A DNA stretch of 64,000 nt from Takakia lepidozioides. Lineage: Eukaryota > Plantae > Bryophyta. How positions within the stretch are numbered: position 1 is the first letter of the stretch; each line of letters begins with the position of its first letter. A program made the translations under genes and the position numbers. Below are positions 26,428 to 36,864 of this stretch, piece by piece. The notes beneath the pieces are model-generated. The model did no database searches. It had not been told where the DNA came from and saw nothing but the letters and a program-made list of their open reading frames with translations. The stretch lies in contig CM060734.1 of assembly GCA_030704615.1 (NCBI GenBank), forward strand, positions 16,492,001 through 16,556,000, in the 5' to 3' direction.

Positions 26428-26848
26428 CGAACACCGCACGGAGTTGGCAAGTGCGAGGTTCAGTATAGCGACAGACCAAGGCTCACAGGCACCATCTAAG
26501 TGGAGTCCATCGACGATTGGAAGTCGCACATTGAAGTGGAAAGTATTGTTTCAAGCTACATGCATGAAGGTGGGAGGTTTGATTCCATAGCCAGTGAGTA
26601 TGACAATGATGGCCGATTCGGCGACGAAATAACATCTCCTGACAGTTTCTCCTGAGGGTGGATCCAGCAGTATTCTCGGTGCAGACAGGAACGTTCGCAC
26701 TGACAAGTGCCAGGACTGCTGGTTAAAACGGTCAGACAACCAAGTTGTGCTCATCAAGACTGGCCGCAATTGTGTTGTTTCGGAACAATGCAACCCATTC
26801 AGGTTCCAGATTTCCCGTCCCGAGTGATTCTTTCGATTGCTGGTGGAC

Positions 26849-28600
26849 GGAAATACGGCGCCGCATTTCCGTATTGCATCTTGGTCATGCACCAGAGCGA
26901 CGGAAATGCGGCACCGAGTTTCCGTCCGGGGGAAACCTTTATACTCTCCAGAACGGAAATGCGGTAACGCATTTCCATCCAGCAAGCACGGTATGTGAAG
27001 GTGGAACGGAAATGCGGTACCGCATTTCCGTTCTGATTGAGATTTATGAACAACGGGAACAGAAATGCGGCACCGCATTTCCGTCCGAGTCGCACTTTTC
27101 CGACATTTCAGAACGGAAATGCGGCGCCGCATTTCCATTTTGTATCTGATGCATGGAGCTGAGGGATAGAAATGCTGCAGCACATTTCCGTCCTTAAAAG
27201 ACATTCATACTCTCCAGAACGGAAATGCGGTACCGCATTTTCATTCAACAAGCACGGTATGTGAAGGTGGAACGGAAATGCGGTACCGCATTTCCGTTCT
27301 GATTGAGATTATGAACAACGGGAACAGAAATGCGGCACCGCATTTCCGTCCGAGTCGCACTTTTCGACATTCCAGAACGGAAATGCGGCGCCGCATTTCC
27401 ATTTTGTATCTGATGCATGGAGCCGAGTGCGATTCCGACAGCTTCATACAGCGCAATTCCGACCGCTTGAGACATTCATACTATCCAGAACGGAAATGCG
27501 GCAACGCATTTCCGTTCTGACTGAAAATCGTGAACCATCTGAACTGAAATGCGGCACCGTATTTCCATCCGAGTCGCACCTACCAACATTCCAGAACGGA
27601 AATGCGGTACCGCATTTCCGTTCTGACTGAAAATCGTGAACCGTCGGAACTGAAATGCGGCAACGCATTTCCATCCGAGTCGCACCTCCCAACATTCCAG
27701 AACGGAATGTATTAGATTCAAAAGGGAAATGCGGCACCGCATTTCCGTTCTGATGAAATATCCTGAAACATCGGAACTGAAATGCGGTACCGCATTTCCG
27801 TCGGAGTCGCACCTTCCGACATTCCAAAACGGAAATGCGGCGCCGCATTTCCGTTTTGTATGTGAGGCATGGAGCTGTGGAACGAAAATGCGGCACACAT
27901 TTCCGCCAGCGTCAGACGTTAATACTCTACAGAACGGAAATGCGGTACCGCATTTCCATTCTGACTGAAAATCGTGCGCAACGGGAACAGAAATCCGGCA
28001 CCGCATTTCCGTTCCAGTCGCACCTTCCGACATTCTAGAACGGAAATGCGGCGCCGCATTTCCGTTTTGTATATTGGGCCTGGAGCTGTGCTACGAAAAT
28101 GTGTTGCCGCATTTCCATCCATGTGAGACCTTCAAACTTTCCAGACCGGAAATGCGGCACCGCATTTCTGTCCAGGTGAGACCTCTATACTTTCCCGAAC
28201 GGAAATGTGGCACGGCATTTCCATTCATCATCTAACGATGTGAAGTGGGAACGGAAATGCGGTACCGCATTTCCGTTCACATTGAAAATCATGAACCACG
28301 GGAACTGAAATGTTGTGCCTCATTCCCGTCCCAATCGCACCTTTCGACATTCCAGAACGGAAATGCGGCGCCGCATTTCCCTTTTGAATCTCATACTTGG
28401 AGCTGTGGGACGGAAATGCGGCACCGTATTTCCGTTCAACAACTAAGGTATGTGAAGGTGGAACGGAAATGCGGTGCCGCATTTTCTTCCAACAAGTACG
28501 GATGTGTAGCTTCGTGATGGTACTTAACGGAAATGCGGCGCCGCATTCGCATTTTCGCTCCAACTCATCAGACGCTGGGACGGAAATACCTTGAAATGTG
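26849..28600. repeat. Phased array of more than 30 22-bp palindromes (GGAAATGCGGYRCCGCATTTCC) with 53-bp period and ~31-bp variable spacers
   Basis: Starts at 26849, 26902, 26955, 27008, 27061, 27115, 27168, 27221, 27274, 27326, 27379, 27492, 27545, 27598, 27651, 27725, 27778, 27831, 27884, 27936, 27989, 28042, 28095, 28148, 28201, 28253, 28306, 28359, 28412, 28465 and 28529, plus degenerate units. Confidence 0.97.
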
Positions 28601-28986
28601 AACACGTGGAGCAACGGAATTGCTGCACATGTCGGCACTCTATCTGACTGAAGGGGCATGAGGCGGCGCGGCCTGACCGTTCGATAATGATGTTTGTTTT
28701 TCGGACGGCAGGCGTACCCTCAACGATTCGAATTTCGTAATGACGCAAACTCCACGAGGAGACACTTTCGTCCAACCCTTTCGAACCCAAGTGGTGCATC
28801 ACCGCCGTTTCATCTACTTTTGTCGTGTCTCCTCAGTCACCCCTCTCGCGCCCTTTCCATCTGCACTCTTTGGCCCCTTTTCCTCTCTCTGTTCTTCTTA
28901 TGCTCGAACCTGAGAGGGGGGGAGTTCGTGCACCAGCCAGGAGACCTCGTCGCAAGCTCCGGAAATTATACTTCGGACGTAGGCCA

Positions 28987-31900
28987 ATGCCGAAGGGGAG
29001 GAAGCAGATGCGTCTACAGGAGGAGATTGCCATCTCCGAGCAGCAGGCCACTCAGGCAACCCAGCCACCAGTGAGAGCTCCATGCGATCGGGCTGCGCGC
29101 AGCTGATCGAGCACCGAACCCCCCATTTTGCTTCTGTAATTCTTAGACTGAATGCTAGGAGACTTGAATGCAGAACATGTTTGCATGCCTAACAGGAAAG
29201 GTGGACGTGCTGGAGGGATCGCAGGAATCCGAAGAGCCGCAGGAAGAGTCCGAGGAGCTAGCTGCAGCACGTACACCCACCCGATCCCCGAGCGCGGGTA
29301 TTCCTGCCGGGCCTAGCCCTCTGCGATTCAAAGACGCGTCTTCGAAGGGCAAGTTCAAAGTCCCAGAGATCGACTCGCGTTCTTCGGTCATGGAGAATCG
29401 CCAGCAGGGGTCGGGCCCTTCTCCAGCAAAGTCGAAGAAGAAGCAGCCCGTCCCTCTACTGGCTTCTGAACCGGCTCAGGCCGATTCACCCCCCCCAACG
29501 CGAATGAAGCAGCAGGGTAGAAGACAGATTCAATTGCAGCAGACACCTTCACCTGCAAGGATGAGGAAGCAGAAGGCAATCAGGGCGACGGGCGAACAAT
29601 CTCCCGCAAAACCGCTTCCACGAGCTGAAGCTCAGTTCCTGGAGGATTTCCCGCCTGCAGATGTTGGGGCCGACTCTGCTGCAGCGAAGGCAATGGGATC
29701 GACCGTTGATCTCGATTTGGTACCGGAGGAGGGTGCTGCCGCTCAACGTTCGCAGCAAGACCTCACCACCGATGAGCAAGCAGGCCCGGAGGAGGCCTCT
29801 GCAATGGCAGAATTGCCCGCAGACAGGCCCCAGAGTGCAGCTCCAGTTGAGGATGCTCCAGCTGCTCAGCCACTACCGGCACCTACAGACATGTCTCCGG
29901 AGGATTTCAAAAGTGCAGCGGATAAAATGTTGGAGGAGACACACAGTAGCATTGGCAGAGTTCTGGGCAGCAGGGTATTCCAGCGGACTCTTCGAATCCC
30001 ACTCTGTCGCATGGTCTCCCTTCCCATCGTCAGGCAGGCCCTTCCCGGAGATGTGGATAAGCTCAAGTTCGCATTTCGAGAAGGGTACCGTCTGGGATCG
30101 GCAGCGTTTTACGTTTCCATTGAGAATGAGGACGGCGAAACTCGTGGACCCACTGCCGATGAATTGTCAACGTGGGATACCCACTGGCACACTCGCAACC
30201 ACGAATTCGAGGCGACGCTGAAGGGTGATCCCGACTTCGGCCATATGTCGGGTAAAATGTTCTTTGTGTGGGACGGGAATCACCGACTTCTCGCCTGGTG
30301 GGAGTACATCAAGCAGAACCATGCCAAGCACATTGGCTGGCATTACATGGTGGAGTGTGTCATCCTCAAGGTGAAGGCGGCAGACTCCTCCCTGCTCAAG
30401 AATGCCATGGCGGACCTCAACTCGTAAGATACTCATACCCTCCCTAGCACGTTCGAAATGCGGTGCCGCATTTCGGTTTCCATTCTGGTTTGTTTCCGTG
30501 CTTCCGTGTACTGAACTGGAGAGTGTGCCTTGCAGGGTCACTGAAAATGCGTACGTGCATACCCACATGGCACATATGCTGTACAGGGTGAGGAAAACTG
30601 GTCTCACTGATCCGCAGATGTTTGCGGAAATGCTGGAGCCCGAGCTCATTCAGAAAGCCGTTGCAAAAACAGACCGGACATGGTATCGTCTCACTATGGA
30701 TGGAATGGTGGAGGTGATATACGAAGTAAGTCGTCCTCCAATTTCCCTCTGCTCATCCTTCCCCAATTTTCAGTAATGTTTCCACATGAATCGAATGTAA
30801 CGCTTCTGCATGTTTTTGTTGGCAGTCAAACATCAAGCTGGATTTGGCCCATGCCAAACGCTTCTTCATGGAAAGTGAGGGGCAGGTCAAAACGTTGCAG
30901 TCATTGACTGAGCACTTGAAGGAAGCCGGTGTCAAGTCCAGAACCAAATACAAGTCAAAGCTTGTGAAGCTGGTGGCAATTGCAGATCCGGCACTTGGAA
31001 AGGACTTCATCCCCGAGATTGCAAAACACTATTCTCGGGCCATGCAGCCGACCATGCAATTGGAGAAACTGCATCACCTCTCAACGGCATGTGTGGAGGC
31101 GAAAGAGAAGGTGAGGTTTCAATGCACTGAAGTTCCTTCCTAGCAATAGCCACTCTCTTCCAGCTCCTGACATTGGATCGGAAATGGCAGACACGGTGGC
31201 TGTCGATCTGGAATGCATCCGAGAGCATAAGGACAATGTGGTCTTTTCCACTGGAAGTTTCCGACCCTGCAGTGGATGTGTGGCTCAACCGCATGACTTG
31301 GTGGTTCCAGGTAATTCAAGGTACTTCCCCAGATTTGCTTTTCTGAAATGAATTCCCTGAACTGCTACGTGACAATGCATTTGGGAATCGCAGGTAATGT
31401 CGAATGCGAAGGAGCAAGTCGTAATGCACACAAATTCGTTCGGCTTGTACGTCAAATGGGATGGAACACAGACATTGGAAGACTACGTGACACGTTTCAG
31501 ATGTGCGTACAAGGACAACCTTTTCGCCAGAGAGCTACAGACAGCAAGAAGGAGCGTGGAGTTTACACATCAGGAGGGAGCGGGGAAAGCTGCAATGCGA
31601 ATTGTTTACAGGTGAAGCACAGCTGCCCTTGTATGCGAAGCCTGGTTACGAGGTTTGTCTCGGAAATGCGGCACCGCATTCGCATTTTATGTTTTCGGTG
31701 GCACTCTGCCAGTAGGTTGGTCTCAAGTTTTGCTCACGCATGCTGACTGCCTTGCAGGTATATGAAATACGTGCTCCTTCAGACAGGGGCCCTGGCTCAA
31801 GAGCCCCCTTCTTCATGGCTTGGACCGTGGCGGGCCCAAGCTGTGTCTACACACCCGAGATGCAGAAACAATGGCATCCCGCGCATCTCGTTGGATGCCC

Positions 31901-34108
31901 GTGGTACCTGGACATGTCTGGCGGTATTGTTGACGAGTCTGAGAAAGATCTGCACGCCTTGGCAGAAGAGAAGAGAAAGGAAAGACGTGTCCCTGCTGGG
32001 CCAAAGTCGGCAAAGGAATCTGCTGCTCTGGAAGAATCCAGAAAGGCAGCTGAGATGGCACAAAAGACGGTGGATGCAGCTGTGCAGGCCCAACAGAAGG
32101 GGTCGAAGAAGAGGACTCGCCAGCAAGGAGCAGCTGTTGTGACACCCGCCAAAACGAAGAAGCAGAAACAGCCTGTTCAGGAAGAGGGTGAGGAAGAGGA
32201 CTCCGATGGAGACTTTGCAACCAGCCCACCCCCCCAAACGCAGGCTGCCTCCCCTGTGCCCACCGTTGTCACGAGAGGCACGAGAACTGGCTCGGCAAAG
32301 AAGGCACTCTTCAACCCCCCAGGGGGGCACCCTTTCGAGCCGGTGGAAATGAAGAGGCCGAAAGTGGCTCCCGAAACTGTAGTCCAGTGTGTAAATGAGA
32401 GTTTCTTGGCGGCTTTGGATGGACGGGCAGCCAAGTTGGCATACCTGAAGACCATGGAGGGTCTGAAGGGCAGAGCACTGAAGAAGGCGACTGCCGAAGA
32501 GCCTTCCGACACCCCAGGATTTCAGAATATGGTCTCGTTCTTTGAGAGGGTGTGTGCAGACAAGGATTGTAGGAGGGGCGGAAATGCCACCGAGTGGTCT
32601 TGCGATATGATCATCTTGGATATTCCGGACGGAGAGCCTGTGGAAGGACTGCAAGCTTTGCCATCTTGGAACAGGTACTCGGAGGACTTTTGGAAGAAAG
32701 GATTCGGGCTTGCCCGCATGGTGTTGGACGACAGAGGCTGTGTGGTTGTCCTGGCGAGCAGAGGAAAAAACACTCAGACAGGAATTGCGAAGTGGACCCG
32801 CAAGAGCGCCGTCCCGATTCTGAAAAAGAAGTGGACGTGCATCAACACACTGGGCCTTCGGTCGGAAGGGAAGAAGGTGATTACAACACTGGCACTCGTC
32901 CTTTCATTTGCTTGGGTGTTTTCAAATGCGGTGCCGCATTCGGTTTCTAATCGTTTTCCCCCTGTGTATGCAGACGAAGCAGTTCGATGCATACTGCTTT
33001 GTGAAGGAGAACTCCACCTTTGCTTTCCGGAAGGAGGGAGGAAAGGTTGACCCGAACTGCGACCCACTCGATTACGACGTTCTGTTCAACAACGTTCCCA
33101 AGGAACTTCTCCCTCATAGCCTCACTTCAACGGAACCCCTGCGGTACTCACGGACTCGGAGCCCTGCCTTCATTCAGACAATTATGGAGACATGCACAGA
33201 CGTGGAGGGCACAGTGCTCGACCTCATCTGTGGGACAGGTATGCAGAATCTTGATCTCTGCTGTTCTGCAAATTCTCGTTAGGATGTAGTTCGCAACATC
33301 TGAAGCGCCATGTGGTAATGTGTGGATGGCATTGTAACAGGTGCCTCAATGTGGGCTGGGCGGTTTTCCGACCGGCACCTCTTTGCCTACGAGGAGGATT
33401 CATCCGTGTGGGGATCCCATCTGGAGGGGCTGCAACGGAATGTGAAGGCTCCCGACAGAGCGGAAGTCTCCTCGGATTCGTCGGAGTCCGAGGAAGACAC
33501 AGTGGACATTGATGCGGAGGAGAACCCGGAATACGAGTGAGTGCAAACATTGTAAGTTTGCAAAGCCTTCTGGGTCATTTATGTCAAAGAATTCCCGACT
33601 GTGGTTCTCATTAGTCTCGTTGATGATTGTCATGTGCAGGATTGCAGGGTCCGGGTCGAAACATGTAGGGCCTACACTTCCTGCCAGGAAGAATGTCCCG
33701 TTCTTTGCGAGGGCCGATTTCATGACGAGCCCGGTGAGGGACTACTCCCTTCCTAGTTATGCAGCTAAACTCGCAAATACAGCGATTAGAAGAAGTGAGA
33801 ATCCCAGTAAAGTAGAGCAGATTTTGGAGAGGGCTAGGGAGGACAGAAGGATAAGGAAAGAGTTGGCAGCAGCTCAGACAGGTAGACGGGTACGAAAGTA
33901 CATATGTGATTCAGCGGATGAGAGCGACGCAGACAGGGAGGAAGACGACCCAACGGAGGTGAGATGGACAGTTCCGCAAGGGGAAGATGGGATTTTCGAA
34001 AGCCTGGCCAACGAGCAGTCCGCTGGAGATGAGAGAGGCACTGAGGGGGTGGAGGAGGAGCAGGACAGTCTAGAACAGGATGAGGATTCGGATGATTTTC
34101 AAGATTAA
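28987..34108 (+). CDS. Spliced protein of ~1390 aa: low-complexity N-terminus, ParB/Srx-like domain, helical region, beta-class N4C/N6A DNA methyltransferase-like domain, acidic tail
   Basis: Proposed GT-AG exons: 28987-29070, 29201-30423, 30536-30725, 30826-31110, 31164-31310, 31394-31611, 31787-32876, 32974-33238, 33341-33536, 33640-34108 (4167 nt, in frame). The exon-7 acceptor is uncertain; 31758 looks more canonical but changes frame. ParB-like FFVWDGNHRLLAW. MTase-like CDMIILDIPDG ... ARMVLDDRGCVVV ... RSPAFIQTIMETCTDVEGTVLDLICGTG|ASMWAGRFSDRHLFAYEED. Confidence 0.8.
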
Positions 34109-34244
34109 TAGAATTTTAATGAAGTCTCTGTAAATGTAAATTCTCTTCCAGAGTATATAAAGGAAATTTTGCCCGACATTCGTGACCCCTCTCCAGTGTG
34201 CATTCCAGCCACACAATCGCCCAAACCACGACGCTCCCAAAATC

Positions 34245-34945
34245 GGAAATGGGGCACCGCATTTCCAAAACAGGGGAACTCTAAGAACCTCTTTTCGAAA
34301 TGCGGCACCGCATTGCCAAAACAGGGGAGGGACTAAATTTTCCATTTCAATGTTGGCATAGTAAAAAGTAATCTGAATTGGAAATGCGGTGCCGCATTTC
34401 CAAAATTTCCTTTGTCCACACGCCAGTTTTGGCCTCTCCCACTCATTGCATGGATGCCACCACGCTTACAGAGGTCGAACAACGAGGTCGAACAAGGAGG
34501 TCGACATGGCGGGATTGAAAATGCGGTGCCGCATTTCAGTATTGGGGATGGTCGTTGTTCGAACTGCAGGCCCATCAGCAAAAAATTGGCAGCGCATTCC
34601 ATTGTTAAAAAAAAGTCGATGACGGACATGGAAATGCGGCGCCGCATTTCCAGAACGGACATCGCAATTTGTCCATCTGCAGACCCTCTCTCGGAAATGC
34701 GGTAACGCATTCCATCGCGCTGGTCGGAAATGTCACACTTTTCGAAGTGTTGTACGGAAATGCGGCACCGCATTCCCTTGTCCAAAAAGAAGTTTCCATT
34801 GCCAAGCTGGAAATGCGTCGCCGCATTTGCAATGCCAACCTCGTTTTCTGATCAATTTATAGACCCGTGTTGGTATTTCGTGTACCTGGACGGAAATGAT
34901 GCACCGCATTTCGATGGCGACATGGAAATGCGGTGCCGCATTTCG
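34245..34945. repeat. Second cluster of about 10 palindromes downstream of the ParB/MTase gene
   Basis: Starts at about 34245, 34296, 34380, 34517, 34630, 34693, 34756, 34809, 34892 and 34924. Confidence 0.9.
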
Positions 34946-35361
34946 ATGTCCGACATGGCGTTACTCTGGTATATTCTTGACACATGACTCACATACCGGT
35001 TACTCTGCTATATTCATCCGGACAGACACATTGTAGAAATGAGACATCAAATTGTAAACAGTGGGCCAATTCCGACATCCTTGAAAAAGAGTAGCGGAGT
35101 ACGCTCAATGACAGCAGCTCCCGGATGGAGGAGGAGCAGCGCGGTGGCTGGAAAAAGTTCAAGCTAACGCTGCAATTCCTCACAAACACTCCAGGGCACA
35201 TTTAAATTTCCCCCCTACAGGATCCTGGACCGATGAAGATTGGCTGCTGCATGAATGTAGCCGTTTCAGTTTCCTACCCTGCCATGCAAACTATGGGCAG
35301 TCACTGCCAGGTGGGCCGATAGCCACTGGACACGACGAAGTCCATCCCCTCTTCGATGTAA

Positions 35362-36192
35362 ATGCGGCGCCGAATTTCCATCCGGGGGGATGGACTTCGG
35401 TGGCAGATCTCAAACTATAACTTGTTGATGAGAAAGATGTATGGGTTCATCCACCGCTGGCGTGATGAACACGTTCCACCTCCGTCGGTGGGTACGTGTG
35501 ACCCAGATGCTCCATTATTGGAGGCCGGACTGCTCTTCCGCTTCGTATCATTTCCAAAATCTAAGGGCTTCGTAGCTGTCCGCAAGGTCATCGGCATCCA
35601 AGTCGTCCTCAGGTCCTCCTTTGCAAGGATGCCGTGCTTCCGGAACCGGGACGACTGCCCCTTTGGAGGCATCGATTATGCAATGTATTCGGCCACATCG
35701 GGAGACATTGTTATCTGGTACACAGATTACACAGAAGATACTGGTTCGATTGTGGAAACATTGGTGGCTTTTGAGTATATTGTAGGCCACTACGCCTTCG
35801 AGCGGGGTGACGATCTTGGTTTGAGGAGTCCGTGGCTCCTGCGCATCCTCGATTCCGATTTTCCCAGCTACGACGGTCACCCATGCAGAAGAAGGCGCAC
35901 TGCTATGCTGTTGCGGTGGAACTGCTGCCACTGGACGTGGGTGGACTCCATCGGAGAGACCTATTCTCCTCGAGGAGTGCGCTCCTCTTCTCCATTGTAT
36001 GGGGACATTCGCATTGGTGTGGACGACGAAAACGTGAAGATTTCCATATTCGATGGTGGTATGATTGAAGGGCAGGACATTGTGGTGAACATCACTAGGG
36101 GCGGTACAACGGCTGCAATCGACTTTACATGGAGGAGCCCCAGGACTCATGAGCTAGTTCTGAGAGCAGTCGAAGTCCCATTGACAACGTGA
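35362..36192 (+). CDS. Hypothetical cargo protein (up to 276 aa) of the DNA transposon
   Basis: Uninterrupted ORF with globular-looking composition inside the TIRs, followed by AATAAA at ~36276. No recognisable motif. Confidence 0.4.
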   Translation: MRRRISIRGDGLRWQISNYNLLMRKMYGFIHRWRDEHVPPPSVGTCDPDAPLLEAGLLFRFVSFPKSKGFVAVRKVIGIQVVLRSSFARMPCFRNRDDCPFGGIDYAMYSATSGDIVIWYTDYTEDTGSIVETLVAFEYIVGHYAFERGDDLGLRSPWLLRILDSDFPSYDGHPCRRRRTAMLLRWNCCHWTWVDSIGETYSPRGVRSSSPLYGDIRIGVDDENVKISIFDGGMIEGQDIVVNITRGGTTAAIDFTWRSPRTHELVLRAVEVPLTT

Positions 36193-36574
36193 CTTGTATT
36201 CTGTAGGCACAGGGCTCAAGATTTGAGGGCACAATCAGCACAGTAGACGTGCTTCAAATGCAATTCATGTGGATCAATAAAAACCTCATTGTGCCCTCTT
36301 TTTATTCTATTATGTGTCCATTGTTCCGAGAATGCGTCATTGCTCATTTCGTTTGGGATTGGGAGTGTGGGTGAATTTTGCAAATGGCTGGTAGGCTGAA
36401 ATGGGCCCCCATTGTACAGAGCAGTACCACCCTACCATTCGCGAAACATTGCCTTTCAATATATAATTCTAAATAACATTGCCGAACCTCCTTCATCGGG
36501 AGGTCCTTCTCCCCCTATGACCGTGGCACCCTAAACCCTATTCCCGCGGACACTCATTTCCGGAAAATAGTGCT

Positions 36575-36656
36575 GCTCATGTTTTTTTCCACACTTACGA
36601 CTCTGCTCATGGCTCATGCCGCTCATGGCTCATGGCTCATGAAATAGCAGCCCCCC
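36575..36656 (-). repeat. Right TIR with GCTCATG subterminal repeats
   Basis: Inverted counterpart of 21971-22075. Confidence 0.9.
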
Positions 36657-36864
36657 ACTCTTCCTCTCCTCTCTTCCCTCACTTGCATGACCATGGGAAT
36701 ATCATGAAGATACTCCTCAAACCGCCCTCCACGAGCTTCAAAATTCGGCCTTCCAGACCACATGCCAGTCCTTAGGCAGTCCACCAGTGCCTCCACGAGT
36801 CAGCACAGGCCGTCCACAGGTCAACACGGGCCACCACAGACCAGCACAGGCCCACACAGCTCAC

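Larger units (their letters stand above)
21971..36656. mobile_element. Complete 14,686-bp MULE-like DDE DNA transposon with cargo genes and 6-bp TSD ACTCTT
   Basis: Left end GGAGGTTTACTATTTCATGAGC versus right end GCTCATGAAATAGCAGCCCCCC (imperfect 22-bp TIR). ACTCTT at 21965-21970 and 36657-36662. The same left end starts the copy at 50257 in a different flank. Confidence 0.92.

Noticed and set aside
26849-28600. Bona fide CRISPR array
   Set aside because: There are no cas genes and the context is eukaryotic and intron-rich. Spacers recur as higher-order duplications, and the motif also occurs singly in introns and at irregular spacing.
26707-28802. Many ORFs with EMRHRIS / KCGTAFP / GNAVPHF peptides (also 2708-3585 and 34070-34987)
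   Set aside because: These are translations of the stop-free palindrome in all six frames, not proteins.
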